A stretch of DNA of 64,000 nt from an uncultured Methanomicrobiaceae archaeon. Lineage in GTDB: Archaea; Halobacteriota; Methanomicrobia; Methanomicrobiales; Methanoculleaceae. The stretch is taken from NCBI GenBank assembly GCA_963826525.1, contig CAWGXH010000004.1, positions 736,001 through 800,000 of the forward strand. The letters are read 5' to 3'. The notes beneath the pieces were generated by a model. The model made no database searches. It saw nothing but the letters and a program-made list of their open reading frames with translations, and was not told the origin of the DNA. Shown piece by piece: positions 9,594-20,613 of this stretch. A program made the translations under genes and the position numbers. Each line of letters begins with the position of its first letter. The stretch's first letter is position 1.

Positions 9594-11735
9594 ATGAAGA
9601 TCGCCGATCTTCCGATCGCTCCTGCCCTTGCAGCCTGCTATGCCGAGAAAGGGATAAGGGCGCTCTACCCTCCGCAGGCTGACTGCGTCGAAAAAGGCCT
9701 TTTTGAAGGGAATAATCTCCTCATCACTATTCCGACGGCGAGTGGCAAGACACTCGTCGCCGAGATGGCAATGCACCACCACATCAGGCGTGGCGGCAAA
9801 TGCCTCTACGTCGTCCCGCTTCGGGCGCTCGCGAGCGAGAAGTACGACGACTTCTCCGGAAAGGGCGTCAGGGTCGGTATCGCCACCGGTGACCTCGACC
9901 GCAGGGACGACTATCTCGGGAGGAACGATATCATCGTCGCGACGAGCGAAAAGGTCGATTCCCTCCTTCGAAACAGGACCAACTGGCTTTCGGAGGTCAG
10001 CCTGCTGGTGCTCGACGAGGTCCACCTCATCGACTCCCCCGACCGGGGGGCGACGCTCGAGATGGTGATCACGAAACTCCGCCATAAAAATCCCGAAATG
10101 CAGATTATCGCCCTCTCAGCGACGATAGGAAATCCAAAAGACCTTGCTGGCTGGCTGAATGCGGAGGCTCGTGGAGAGCGAGTGGCGGCCCGTCGACCTT
10201 CGGGAAGGGGTCTACTACCACGGGTGCATCCACTTTTCCGACCGGGATCGGCCGATCGAGCGGCAGACGAAGCATGAAGACCTTGACCTCTGCCTCGACA
10301 CCATCAGCGAAGGCGGGCAGTGCCTGGTCTTCGTCAGCTCGCGGAAGAACGCAGAGGCGTTCGCAAAAAGGGCCGCCGCAGGTCTCAAGCTGGAGAGCCC
10401 CGTCCTCACCGGGTATGCGGAGAAGATCCGGTCGAAAGCCGATACCGATACCGAAAAGACGCTCGCGGCCTGCGTGGCGCACGGTGCGGCGTTCCACCAC
10501 GCCGGCCTGAAGAAAGAAGAGCGCCAGATCGTCGAACAGGGGTTCCGGGAAGGAGCGATCAAGGTGATCTCCTCGACACCGACGCTGGCGGCCGGGCTGA
10601 ATCTCCCCGCCCGGCGGGTGATCATCCGCGACTACCTCCGCTTCAATTCCGGCGAAGGGATGGTTCCGATCCCGGTGCGCGAGTACCGGCAGATGGCGGG
10701 ACGTGCCGGGCGGCCGCACCTCGACCCCTACGGCGAGTCGGTGCTGATCGCGAAGGGCGAGGAGATGGTGGACGAGCTCTTCGACTGCTACATCGAGGCG
10801 CCCGCCGAAGACGTCCGGAGCCAGTGCGCGAACGAAGCGGTCATCTGCTCACATATCCTCTCGCTGATCGCCACCGGGTTCGCGCGGGAGCACAGCGAGC
10901 TGACGGCGTTTATGGAGAAGACCTTCTACGCCGCCTCGAGCGAGAGCCCGGCTATCCTGAAGCGGGCGGTGCACCGGGTGCTCGAGTTCCTCCGGGAGAG
11001 CGAGATGATCCTCGAGGTCGGGGAGTGGATCGAGCCGACCGAGTACGGGTCGCTCGTCTCCCGGCTCTACCTGAATCCCTGGAGCGCCGAGCGGATCGCG
11101 ACGAACGTTCCCCAGGTGGAGGAGTACAGCGATATCGGCCTCTTGCAGCTCCTCTGCACGACGCCCGATATGCCGACCCTGTACGTCCGGAAGAACGACG
11201 CCTACTACCTCGACAAATTCATCGCCGAGCACGGCGAGGAGCTCTGGACCGAGATCCCCTGGCACGCCGACGAGGGGTTCGAGCGGAGCCTGAAGACGGC
11301 GCTCCTCCTGAACGACTGGGCGAACGAGCTCGGCGAGGAGACGATCTGCGAGCGCTACGGGGTTGGGCCCGGGGATATCTATGCGATGGTGGAGAGTGTG
11401 AACTGGCTCATCCACGCCTGCCGGCAGCTCGCAGGGATGTTTGCACCGGAGCTCGCAAAATCCATCGAGGAGATGGAACTTCGGATGAAGCATGGGATCA
11501 GAAAGAGCTCCTCCCGATCGTCAGGCTTCGCGGGATCGGCCGTGTCCGCGCCCGCAGGCTCTTCAACAACGGGTTTACAAGCCTCGATGCCATCAGGACC
11601 GCCGGGCCGGAGCGGCTCGGCCAGATCCTCGGCCGGGGTATCGCCACGCAGATCTTCGAGCAGCTGGAGGGTGAACGGGACGCGATCGGCGAAGAACCGA
11701 CAGAAGAGCAGTCCACCCTCTTCCGCTTCGGGTGA
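9594..11735 (+). CDS. hel308: Ski2-like ATP-dependent DNA helicase Hel308 (frameshifts near 10166 and 11503)
   Basis: [35 protein letters not shown] and C-terminal HhH motif [12 protein letters not shown]. Confidence 0.92.
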
Positions 11736-11741
11736 CTGATC

Positions 11742-12257
11742 ATGGATACCATTACATGTGAGATCCACCGGGCTTCAGCCCGGATCGACGATAAAATTGC
11801 GTTCCTGCACCGGGTGCGGGATATCGCGGATGCCTGCGGGACGCATATCATCCTCTTTGACGCCGACCGGATGGCGGGGGAGGAGCATGTCAGGGCGGCG
11901 CTCGAGCATGCAGGGCGATCGTACGCCGCCGGGACGCCGATCGCAAACTCGTTTGAGATGGAGACGCTGCTCTATGCCGCAGGAACACGCCAGTGTCTGA
12001 TTGCCACGAACTTCGGGATCCACCAGGGTGAGAACCGGCTCTACGCCTGTATCTGCCCTCCCGTGGAAGGCGTCAAGGGCAAACTTGCCGCCTTCATGAC
12101 GTTTACCGGGGAGGAGTTCGGGCCGATCGATGCGACGAAGGCAGATCGCCTCATGGAAGCCTTCGGCATCACCCCGGCGGAGCTCGAAACCGTCGGGGAA
12201 GACCGGATCGTTGATCTCGTCCTCGAACGGGTCGCACTCCTTGAGGTCTACCGGTGA
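11742..12257 (+). CDS. cgi121: KEOPS complex subunit Cgi121
   Basis: IANSFEMETLLYAAGTRQC and C-terminal LVLERVALL motifs. Confidence 0.85.
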   Translation: MDTITCEIHRASARIDDKIAFLHRVRDIADACGTHIILFDADRMAGEEHVRAALEHAGRSYAAGTPIANSFEMETLLYAAGTRQCLIATNFGIHQGENRLYACICPPVEGVKGKLAAFMTFTGEEFGPIDATKADRLMEAFGITPAELETVGEDRIVDLVLERVALLEVYR

Positions 12258-12261
12258 ACCG

Positions 12262-12750
12262 TTACCGAGAGGCGTGTGTCAGGATATGCCGGATCTCGGG
12301 GATGATGATCTCACGGGTAGCGAGGGTGACGGCCTTTGACGACCCGGGGATGCAGAAGACTGCACGACCGCCGATGACGCCTGCCACTGCCCGGGAGAGG
12401 ATTGCAGCGGAACCGATCTCCTCGTAGCTCTTCATCCGGAAGAGCTCGCCGAACCCGTCGATCTTCTTCTCGAGCAGGGGCGATACAGCCTCTATCGTAC
12501 AATCGTCACTGGTAAGTCCGGTTCCTCCGGTGAGGATGATGCAGGATGCCTTCGGCAGAGCCCGGTAGACCTCCCGGCGGATATGCTCCATATCATCGGG
12601 GACGATGGCATAGTGCGTGATCTCGATCGAGGATTCTTCAAGGAGTGTTCTGATCGTACGACCGCTGATATCGGACTCCTCCGTACGGGTGGAGGAGACG
12701 GTGATAACTGCACCAGTGACATGAATCGGTTTATGATGATTGCTGTCCAT
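12262..12750 (-). CDS. moaB: Molybdopterin adenylyltransferase, MogA/MoaB family
   Basis: VITVSS, IVPDD, TGGTGLTSDDCT, LSRAVAG and PGSSKAV motifs. Confidence 0.88.
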   Translation of the reverse strand: MDSNHHKPIHVTGAVITVSSTRTEESDISGRTIRTLLEESSIEITHYAIVPDDMEHIRREVYRALPKASCIILTGGTGLTSDDCTIEAVSPLLEKKIDGFGELFRMKSYEEIGSAAILSRAVAGVIGGRAVFCIPGSSKAVTLATREIIIPEIRHILTHASR

Positions 12751-12817
12751 CCGATGATCTGGTATCCCGGGATACCTTATTTTACTTTGTGAGAAAGATG
12801 GCCGAAGGCCCCGACTT

Positions 12818-13156
12818 CCCCCACCCCTTTATTTCCACTGGAACTGTGGTCCTCACTGCCCTCCAGATCGATCATTTCGCGGTTGTCAGACAAAGATCCC
12901 GATCGTCTCTCGTACTCCTTTCGTTATTTTTATATAGTATTATTTAGAGAGGTACACATGACTGTTTTCATCATCATTCATCATCGATGATCAGAAGGTC
13001 TGTATCATCATCACATTCCACTCGCAACAAAGGGGTGGGGGACTCAGGCTATCGCCCGGTGATCGATTCTTCTGCATGCTCCCCGGCGTACGGGAACTCC
13101 GGGGCAGATCAGAGGCTCTCCTGAATCTCCACTGTTCCACTGGAAACGAAGGGGTT
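12818..13156. other. Probable chromosomal replication origin (oriC): three ORB elements around an AT-rich unwinding region
   Basis: Minus-strand ORB CAGTTCCAGTGGAAATAAAGGGGTGGGG (12819-12846). Plus-strand ORBs ATTCCACTCGCAACAAAGGGGTGGGGG (13015-13041) and GTTCCACTGGAAACGAAGGGGT (13134-13155). AT-rich tract about 12919-12948. Immediately upstream of cdc6. Confidence 0.85.
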
Positions 13157-13233
13157 ATCATACCTGAAAACGAACACCTTAGCAGGCAGCGAGAGAAATC
13201 GATCTCGTCCAGGCCATACCCCCCGGTGACACT

Positions 13234-14517
13234 ATGTCGGACGATAAAAGCAATCCTATGGGTTTATTCAAAAAATATCTCACCAATAGAAGGATATTCA
13301 AAAACCGTGAAGTGCTCAGGCACAGCTACCGCCCGCATATCCTCCCTCACCGGAAACCGCAGATCGACGAGCTGGCATCTATCCTTGCTCCGGCACTGAA
13401 TAATGAAACGCCCTCAAATATTCTGATATACGGAAAGACCGGGACAGGGAAGACAGCGAGCGTCAGGTACGTCGGCCTCGAGCTCGAGAATGCGAGTGGG
13501 ATCACCGGAACGCGCTGCCGGATCGTCCACCTCAACTGCGAGGTGATCGATACCCAGTATCGGGTGCTGGCGCAGATCGCAAGCTGCCTTGAGGACCACG
13601 ACGAGCACGCAAGCGACAGCACCCGGGTCCATATCCCGATGACCGGGTGGCCGACCGACCAGGTGTACATGGAGCTCAAAAAGCAGCTCGAGAACAGCGG
13701 CGGCGTGATGGTGATCGTGCTCGACGAGATCGATAAGCTCGTCAAGAAGAGCGGGGACGACACCCTCTACAACCTCACCCGGATCAACTCGGACTTGAAG
13801 CGGGCGAAGGTCAGCATCATCGGGATCTCAAATGATCTCCGGTTTACCGACTTCCTCGACCCACGGGTGCTCTCCTCACTCTCGGAGGAGGAGATCGTCT
13901 TTCCGCCCTACAACGCCCCGCAGCTCTGCGACATCCTGCAACAGCGCTCCGAGATAGCGTTTATCGAGGGGGCGCTCGATGAGAGTGTTATACCGCTCTG
14001 CGCCGCTCTTGCAGCCCAGGAGCACGGCGATGCCCGCCGTGCACTGGATCTTCTGCGGGTCTCGGGGGAACTCTCCGATCGCGAAAACGCCGATATGGTG
14101 ACCGAACGACACGTCCGGATGGCGCAGGAGAAGATCGAGACCGACAGCATGGTGGAGTGCGTCTCCACGCTCCCCACCCAGAGCAAAGCCGTCCTCTATG
14201 CGATGCTGATCCTCGAGCAGATGGGCAAGCGGATCTTTACGAGTGGCGAGGTCACGATGGTTTACCGGGAGATCGCACGGATCCTCGACCTCGACGTCCT
14301 GACGCACCGGCGGATCACCGATCTCATCTCTGAGCTGAATATGCTCGGCGTCATCAACACGCGGGTCGTCTCGCGTGGCCGGTACGGCAGGACGAAGGAG
14401 ATGTGGTTCGATGCCGCCACGAGCAAGATTGACGAGGTCATTTCGCGCGATCCGCGGCTGTCCGACCAAAGGTTGAAAGAGATCGACATCAATCGTTTGA
14501 GAGCAATGTTCAGGTGA
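13234..14517 (+). CDS. cdc6: Orc1/Cdc6 replication initiator
   Basis: YGKTGTGKT Walker A, VLDEID Walker B, GDARRALDLLR and winged-helix GRYGRTK. Confidence 0.96.
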   Translation: MSDDKSNPMGLFKKYLTNRRIFKNREVLRHSYRPHILPHRKPQIDELASILAPALNNETPSNILIYGKTGTGKTASVRYVGLELENASGITGTRCRIVHLNCEVIDTQYRVLAQIASCLEDHDEHASDSTRVHIPMTGWPTDQVYMELKKQLENSGGVMVIVLDEIDKLVKKSGDDTLYNLTRINSDLKRAKVSIIGISNDLRFTDFLDPRVLSSLSEEEIVFPPYNAPQLCDILQQRSEIAFIEGALDESVIPLCAALAAQEHGDARRALDLLRVSGELSDRENADMVTERHVRMAQEKIETDSMVECVSTLPTQSKAVLYAMLILEQMGKRIFTSGEVTMVYREIARILDLDVLTHRRITDLISELNMLGVINTRVVSRGRYGRTKEMWFDAATSKIDEVISRDPRLSDQRLKEIDINRLRAMFR

Positions 14518-14521
14518 TTTC

Positions 14522-15013
14522 ATGGATGAGAAAGACCGTCTGCTCCTCCGGGAACTGGAGGAGAACAGCAGTGTTCCGCCGGAAGATCTGGCGGTCATGG
14601 CTGAGTTAAGTGAGAGTGACGTACAAAACCGGATCCGGCGACTGGAAGAGGCGGGCGTTATCCGGAAGTATACCGCTGTCGTCGACTGGGAGCGGGCGGG
14701 TGACGGAATCGTTGCTGCTGTCATCGAGCTGAAGGTCTCGCCCGAACGGGATTACGGCTATGACCGGATCGCCGATCGGATCGCCCGGTTCCGGCAGGTT
14801 CGCTCGCTCCGGCTGATGACCGGCGCTTACGACCTCCAGCTGATCGTTACCGGGGGGAGCATGCACGAGATTGCCCGGTTCGTCTCCGAGCAGATTGCAC
14901 CCATGGACCGTATCCGGGAGACGGCGACGCATATCGTCCTGAAATCCTATAAGGAGAACGGCAATACCCTCGCGGAACGTGAAGCGGTCGAACGTCTCCC
15001 CTATTCGTTCTGA
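14522..15013 (+). CDS. Lrp/AsnC family transcriptional regulator
   Basis: N-terminal HTH (VQNRIRRLEEAGVI) and ligand-binding domain (LMTGAYDL). Confidence 0.9.
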   Translation: MDEKDRLLLRELEENSSVPPEDLAVMAELSESDVQNRIRRLEEAGVIRKYTAVVDWERAGDGIVAAVIELKVSPERDYGYDRIADRIARFRQVRSLRLMTGAYDLQLIVTGGSMHEIARFVSEQIAPMDRIRETATHIVLKSYKENGNTLAEREAVERLPYSF

Positions 15014-15025
15014 GGTGGCGCGGGT

Positions 15026-16182
15026 ATGAAGGACTTCATCTCTGCGAGAGCACACTCCATCCCTCCGTCAGGCATTCGAAAGTTCTTCGATATTGCCCAG
15101 ACGATGGAGGACGTCATCTCGCTCGGTGTCGGTGAACCCGACTTCTCAACGCCGTGGAACGTCTGCGAGGCGAGTATCTACTCCATCGAGCAGGGCGTGA
15201 CGAACTATACCTCGAACAAAGGGACGCCGAAGCTTCGCGCCGCGATCTCGCGATATCTCGAGAGCAGTTTCCAGACTCCCTACGATCCCGAGACCGAGAT
15301 CATCGTCACGAACGGCGTCTCCGAGGCGGCAGATATCGCGATCCGGGCCGTGGTGGACGTCGGCGACGAGGTGCTCGTCGCCGAACCTTCGTACGTCTCC
15401 TACTCTCCCTGCGTCACCCTTGCAGGCGGGGAGCCGGTACCGGTTCCCTGCACGGCCGAGACCGGCTTTCGGCTGACCGCCGATGCGCTGATGGAGCGAA
15501 TTACCCCGAAATCGAAGGTGGTCATCGCCAACTTCCCGAACAATCCCACGGGGGGCACGATGAGCGAGGTCGATTATCGGGCGGTTGCGGATGTCGTCGT
15601 CGATCACGATCTCCTGCTGATCAGCGACGAGGTCTACGCCGAGCTCACCTACGAGGGGGCACATTTCTCCCCGGCGGCGCTTCCGGAACTTCGGGAACGG
15701 ACGATCACGCTGAACGGGTTCTCGAAGGCATACGCCATGACCGGGTGGCGGATAGGTACCTCTGCGCACCGCCGGCGATCACGGCCGCCGCCCTGAAGAT
15801 CCACCAGTACGTCGCGCTCTGTGCCCCTGTCATGGCGCAGGTGGCCGCATACGAGGCGCTTCGGAACGGCACGGCGGAGAAGGATGCAATGGTCCAGGAG
15901 TACCGGATCAGGAGAAACCTCTTCGTGAACGGTCTGAACCGGATAGGCCTTACCTGCCACCTCCCGATGGGCGCGTTCTATGCGTTCCCCTCGGTGGAGA
16001 GCACGGGGATGACGGATCAGGCGTTCGCCGAGGCACTCCTCCGCGAGCAGCATGTCGCCGTCGTGCCGGGCAGCGTCCTCGGCGGCCCTGGCCACATCCG
16101 GTGCGCCTATGCGGTCTCCCGGGAGAGCCTGAAGACTGCGCTTGAGCGGATGGAAGCGTTTCTGGCGGGTTTAAAAACCTGA
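15026..16182 (+). CDS. PLP-dependent aminotransferase class I/II (frameshift near 15756)
   Basis: SLGVGEPDF, PNNPTG, DEVY and [14 protein letters not shown]; the C-terminus continues in another frame (GAFYAFP, VVPGS). Confidence 0.9.
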
Positions 16183-16286
16183 ATTCTCTCTGGAGATCTC
16201 TATTTTCAAATACAAGCTCTTTTATAGCTCTTTTCATCCGGCGAAACGGAGAGAATGCAGTTTGTCTGACGAACGGCGGTCGGAGA

Positions 16287-16525
16287 ACCCCTTTATTTCC
16301 AGTGGAGATGATGATTTATTCAGCGTTTTTTGACCCCGGGGATCGGAGGTGCACCGTTCCGGGAATATGGACCCTGTCCGGCAAATACCGGGAAGATCTT
16401 TGGAATTTGCGAATGCGAAAGATCCCGGGAAATTCGGGACATCCAAGCAGCCTGTTACCCTGTCAAATCCGTAAGAATGAGCGACGATCTGGAATATCAG
16501 GCAGTTCCACTGGAAATAAAGGGGT
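16287..16525. promoter_or_regulatory. Second inverted pair of ORB (Orc1/Cdc6-binding) elements
   Basis: Minus-strand TCTCCACTGGAAATAAAGGGGT (16287-16308) and plus-strand CAGTTCCACTGGAAATAAAGGGGT (16502-16525), near-identical to the ORBs upstream of cdc6. Confidence 0.8.
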
Positions 16526-16634
16526 ATACGCAGATGTAAATGCGTTCTGCTCCATGCCTTCCTGATGTCGGACAGAGCCGGTCGGCCATACCTACATATA
16601 CTGCCCGGGTGATATCCTCACCTGGGAAACAACA

Positions 16635-16946
16635 ATGCGGAAAGCAGCAATAAACGCACTTGTCGATATAGTCGCGCTGATCGTGTTTATTCCTTCTCTC
16701 GTATCGGGACTGATCCTGTACTTTGTCCTTCCCTCGGGGGGAGAGGGGTTCCGTGGGGGCGCCGGTGTCGTTACGCCCGATGTCTTTCTCGGCATTGTCA
16801 GGAACGACTGGAAGGATCTGCATGCCTACGCAAGCCTGGCCTTTGCGGCGCTCGTTGTCGTGCATATTCTCCTTCACTGGCGGTACATGGCATCTATCGG
16901 GCGCATCGTCCGCCGGACCCGCACCGGCAGATCCGATACGGAGTGA
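16635..16946 (+). CDS. DUF4405-like small membrane protein
   Basis: Two TM helices with SGL and W..LH......F..L..VHILLHW pattern. Confidence 0.7.
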   Translation: MRKAAINALVDIVALIVFIPSLVSGLILYFVLPSGGEGFRGGAGVVTPDVFLGIVRNDWKDLHAYASLAFAALVVVHILLHWRYMASIGRIVRRTRTGRSDTE

Positions 16947-17089
16947 TAGTCTCCCTCCGCGGGCACGACTATCTTCCATTTCGTTCCGGGGATCACGAAG
17001 CTGCCGGTGAACGGATGACCGCCCCGAAATCCGGGGCGCACATTGTAACGTTTATCACTATGAATCACTCCATCCTACATGATAGAACA

Positions 17090-18100
17090 ATGAGCTGTAC
17101 AGTTATCGTCGGTGGGTTCTTCGGGGACGAAGGAAAGGGTAAAATCGTGGCGCACATCGCCTACGAAGATAGACCGACAATCATCTCACGCGGCGGTGTC
17201 GGGCCGAATGCGGGGCACACCGTCCGTGTCGGTGAGAAGGAGTACGGTGTCCGGATGGTACCCTCGGGTTTCATCTATCCGGACGCCCGCCTTATGATCG
17301 GCAGCGGCGTTCTGGTCGATCCACGTGTATTTCAGCGAGAGGTTGACCTTCTCGGCGTCGATGGCCGGATCTTCATGGACGGACGCTGCGGGATCATCGA
17401 GGAAGAGCATATCGAGCGCGACCGCGGGAGCGAGCACCTCAAGACCAAGATCGGGAGCACCGGAACCGGATGCGGCCCTGCCAACGCTGACCGGGTGATG
17501 CGGACGTCCCGTCAGGCGAAGGACGTGCCGGAGCTTGCCCGGTATATCACCGATGTTCCCCGGGAGGTCAACACCGCCATCGAGCGGGGCGAGACGGTGC
17601 TGCTCGAAGGCACCCAGGGTTTCGGGATCTCGCTCTACTATGGGACCTATCCCTACGTTACGAGCAAGGACACATCGGCCTCGCAGATCGCCGCCGATAA
17701 CGGTGTCGGCCCGACGAGGGTCGACGACGTGATCGTCGTCTTCAAGGCATTCCCGACCCGGGTCGGAGAAGGGCCTTTCTCGACCGAGATGACGCTTAAG
17801 GAGTCGAACAGTCTCGGTATTGAGGAGTTCGGGACCGTGACGCACCGCCAGCGCCGGATCGGCCTCTGGGACGGTGAGATGGCCAGGTACTCCGCTATGA
17901 TCAACGGGTGTACCCAGGCGGCGATCACCGGTATCGACCGGATCGACGCTTCCTGCTATGGCGTCACAGAGTATGCAAAACTTACGAAGAAGGCGAAAGA
18001 CTTCATCGCGCAGGCGGAAGAGGATATCAGAGCGCCTGTGACGTTGATCTCGACGGGGCCCGATATCTCTCAGATCGTCGATCTGAGGAAGGATCTATGA
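17090..18100 (+). CDS. purA: Adenylosuccinate synthetase (short archaeal type)
   Basis: GGFFGDEGKGK, GPNAGHT, EGTQG, YPYVTS and TRVGEGPF motifs. Confidence 0.95.
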   Translation: MSCTVIVGGFFGDEGKGKIVAHIAYEDRPTIISRGGVGPNAGHTVRVGEKEYGVRMVPSGFIYPDARLMIGSGVLVDPRVFQREVDLLGVDGRIFMDGRCGIIEEEHIERDRGSEHLKTKIGSTGTGCGPANADRVMRTSRQAKDVPELARYITDVPREVNTAIERGETVLLEGTQGFGISLYYGTYPYVTSKDTSASQIAADNGVGPTRVDDVIVVFKAFPTRVGEGPFSTEMTLKESNSLGIEEFGTVTHRQRRIGLWDGEMARYSAMINGCTQAAITGIDRIDASCYGVTEYAKLTKKAKDFIAQAEEDIRAPVTLISTGPDISQIVDLRKDL

Positions 18101-18282
18101 GACGGGATCTGCTGGATATTCTCTGCTGCCCTATCTGTAAGGGTGCACTGATCCTGGCGGTGACCAGAGAGACCGACGACGAGATACTGGAAGGGAGCCT
18201 TCGATGCGAGGTCTGTAGCGTCTCCTACCCTATCTGCGAGGGCATCCCAAACCTCCTCCCCCGGTCGCCCGCTGAGGACTGA
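18097..18282 (+). CDS. Trm112-like methyltransferase activator
   Basis: MRRDLLDILCCPICKGAL...LRCEVCSVSYPICEGIPNLLP. Confidence 0.85.
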   Translation: MRRDLLDILCCPICKGALILAVTRETDDEILEGSLRCEVCSVSYPICEGIPNLLPRSPAED

Positions 18283-18290
18283 GAACTGCG

Positions 18291-18815
18291 ATGCCGGTCG
18301 AGATTCACTTAAACAGGCGGGGCATCAACTCGATTGAGGTCCTCCCGGAGGTGACGGTCACGGCAGGGAGCGACCTCGCCCTCGAGATGATCAACCATGG
18401 CGCTCCCCTGCACCTGACGCTCTCGAGCCAGAACTCCGGAATGTTCACCGACTTTTTCCACGCAAATCTCTACGTCGCCGACCGCGAGGCCTTCATAATA
18501 CCGATACGCCCGGACTCGTATCCGGGGTTCTTCGACGTTGCGATCATCACCGGGTACGGTGCCAGGCGGGCGGCGTTCCGGGTGGTCGTCCATCAGGTGC
18601 CGTCCGAGGTTCCGGAGGAGCCGGAAGAACTGCTTCCATGCCCCCAGGTTCCGGTGCGGCGGATCGGCGCCACCCTCCCTGCCGGGCTCCTCGTTGCCGC
18701 CGGACTGATACTGTACGGCCTCTGGCTCGCTTTCCGCCTTGATCTTCTCAATTACATAGCATTCCTCGCGCTCTTCGCCGGAGTTCTCACGCTATGGTTC
18801 TGGCGGCGCTGGTAG
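18291..18815 (+). CDS. Conserved hypothetical membrane protein
   Basis: VHLNR-type N-terminus, TGYG motif and two C-terminal TM helices; operonic position. Confidence 0.6.
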   Translation: MPVEIHLNRRGINSIEVLPEVTVTAGSDLALEMINHGAPLHLTLSSQNSGMFTDFFHANLYVADREAFIIPIRPDSYPGFFDVAIITGYGARRAAFRVVVHQVPSEVPEEPEELLPCPQVPVRRIGATLPAGLLVAAGLILYGLWLAFRLDLLNYIAFLALFAGVLTLWFWRRW

Positions 18816-19711
18816 TCGCTCTCGCGCTGCTGGTCGATCGGGCCTTCGGCGACCCCCGCTCGCCCCTGCACCCGGTCGCACTGCTTGGGCGCTTCATCGG
18901 GTGGTGGGGCGTCCCGTCCCGGTATCCGGTCTCTCTCCAGCGCGCCGCCGGCGTCCTCTTTACCCTCGTGACTGCGCTGCTCTTCGCTGCACCCTTCTTC
19001 ATCTTCGAGACCGTTGCACCCTGGTTTGTCTACCTGTTCATCGCTCCCCTGCTTCTGAAGGCCTGCTTCGCATGGCGGGCGCTCGAGGAGCATACCCATG
19101 CTGTCGTGGAAGCGACAGAAAGCGATCTCGCCGAGGGGCGCCGGACCGTGGGGATGATGGTGAGCCGCGAAACCACCTCCCTTGACCGGGAGCATGTCCT
19201 CTCCGCAGCCTACGAGTCGATGACCGAGAACTTAACAGATAGCATCGTTTCACCGCTCTTCTACTTCGGCCTCTTTGGCCTTGCTGGGGCGGCGTTCTGC
19301 CGCGCCGTCAACACCATGGACGCGATGCTCGGCTACCGGGACGAACGGGCACGGCTCGGATGGTTCCCCGCCCGGCTTGACGATATCGTCAACTTCATCC
19401 CCGCCCGGATCGCGGGGGCGGTTCTGCTCCTCTACTTCGCCTACCGCGGGCGTTTCTGGCAGTCGTATACGATCCTCCGGCGTGACGCACACCGGCGGCC
19501 GGGATTCAACGGAGGTATCCCGATGGCGGCGATCGCGGGAGGAGTCGGTATCAGGCTCGAAAAGCAGGGTGTTTACGTCATCGGCGACCCGGAACGATCG
19601 CTGGAAGCGGCTGGGGACGAGATCGTGCGCGCCGTCAGGGCCGCCACCCTCATCTTCGCCCTGCTCCTGATCGCCGCACTATTTTTATTGGGGACAGCGA
19701 GCAATACATAA
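18794..19711 (+). CDS. cbiB: Cobalamin biosynthesis protein CobD/CbiB
   Basis: [29 protein letters not shown] and [13 protein letters not shown] motifs. Confidence 0.92.
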   Translation: MVLAALVVALALLVDRAFGDPRSPLHPVALLGRFIGWWGVPSRYPVSLQRAAGVLFTLVTALLFAAPFFIFETVAPWFVYLFIAPLLLKACFAWRALEEHTHAVVEATESDLAEGRRTVGMMVSRETTSLDREHVLSAAYESMTENLTDSIVSPLFYFGLFGLAGAAFCRAVNTMDAMLGYRDERARLGWFPARLDDIVNFIPARIAGAVLLLYFAYRGRFWQSYTILRRDAHRRPGFNGGIPMAAIAGGVGIRLEKQGVYVIGDPERSLEAAGDEIVRAVRAATLIFALLLIAALFLLGTASNT

Positions 19712-19716
19712 GAATA

Positions 19717-20613
19717 ATGAAACTCGAGGAACTGAGATTCGGCACTGAGCTGATCAAACGCGGCTTTGCTTCCATGCAGAAGGGCGGCGTGATCATGGAC
19801 GTCGTGAACGCAGAGCAGGCCAGCATAGCCGAAGAGGCCGGTGCTGTCGCTGTCATGGCGCTGGAGAGAGTCCCTGCGGATATCAGGAAGGCCGGGGGCG
19901 TCGCCCGCATGGCCGATCCCGAGAAGATTCTCGAGATCATCGATGCAGTCTCGATCCCCGTTATGGGAAAGGTCAGGATCGGGCACTTCGTCGAGGCGCA
20001 GGTGCTCGAGGTGCTCGGGGTCGATATGATCGACGAGAGCGAGGTTCTGACACCGGCGGATGAGCAGTTCCACGTCGACAAGACGGCGTTCACCGTGCCG
20101 TTCGTCTGTGGCGCCCGGAACCTTGGCGAAGCGCTCCGGCGGATCAACGAGGGGGCGGCAATGATCCGCACCAAGGGCGAGGCCGGTACCGGCAACGTCG
20201 TCGAGGCCGTCCGGCACATGCGTGCGATTATGGGTGAGATCCGCTCGCTTGAGGGGATGAACAGCCAGGAACTTATCGCCCGTGCCCGTGCGATCGAGGC
20301 GCCCGCGGATCTCGTGGCGGAGTGCGCCCGGCTCGGTCGTCTCCCGGTGGTCAACTTCTCCGCAGGCGGTATCGCGACACCGGCCGATGCCGTCCTGATG
20401 ATGCAGCTCGGAGCGGACGGCGTCTTTGTCGGGTCCGGTATCTTCAAGTCGAGCGAACCCGCCCGGATGGCAAAGGCGGTCGTCGAGGCCGTCAACAACT
20501 TCACCGACCCGAAGGTCGTCGCCGAGGTCAGCAAAGGACTCGGCCAGGCGATGCCGGGTCTTGACGTCAAGACCCTGCGTGAGGACGAGAGGCTGGCGGA
20601 ACGTGGCTGGTAA
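19717..20613 (+). CDS. pdxS: Pyridoxal 5'-phosphate synthase lyase subunit
   Basis: [31 protein letters not shown] and GGIATPADA motifs. Confidence 0.97.
   Translation: MKLEELRFGTELIKRGFASMQKGGVIMDVVNAEQASIAEEAGAVAVMALERVPADIRKAGGVARMADPEKILEIIDAVSIPVMGKVRIGHFVEAQVLEVLGVDMIDESEVLTPADEQFHVDKTAFTVPFVCGARNLGEALRRINEGAAMIRTKGEAGTGNVVEAVRHMRAIMGEIRSLEGMNSQELIARARAIEAPADLVAECARLGRLPVVNFSAGGIATPADAVLMMQLGADGVFVGSGIFKSSEPARMAKAVVEAVNNFTDPKVVAEVSKGLGQAMPGLDVKTLREDERLAERGW

Noticed and set aside
6112-11735. Programmed frameshifting or mass pseudogenisation in gap, tyrS, hel308 and others
   Set aside because: No slippery heptamers at the breaks, essential genes are affected, and breaks coincide with AGCT/GTAC, so sequencing error is more parsimonious.
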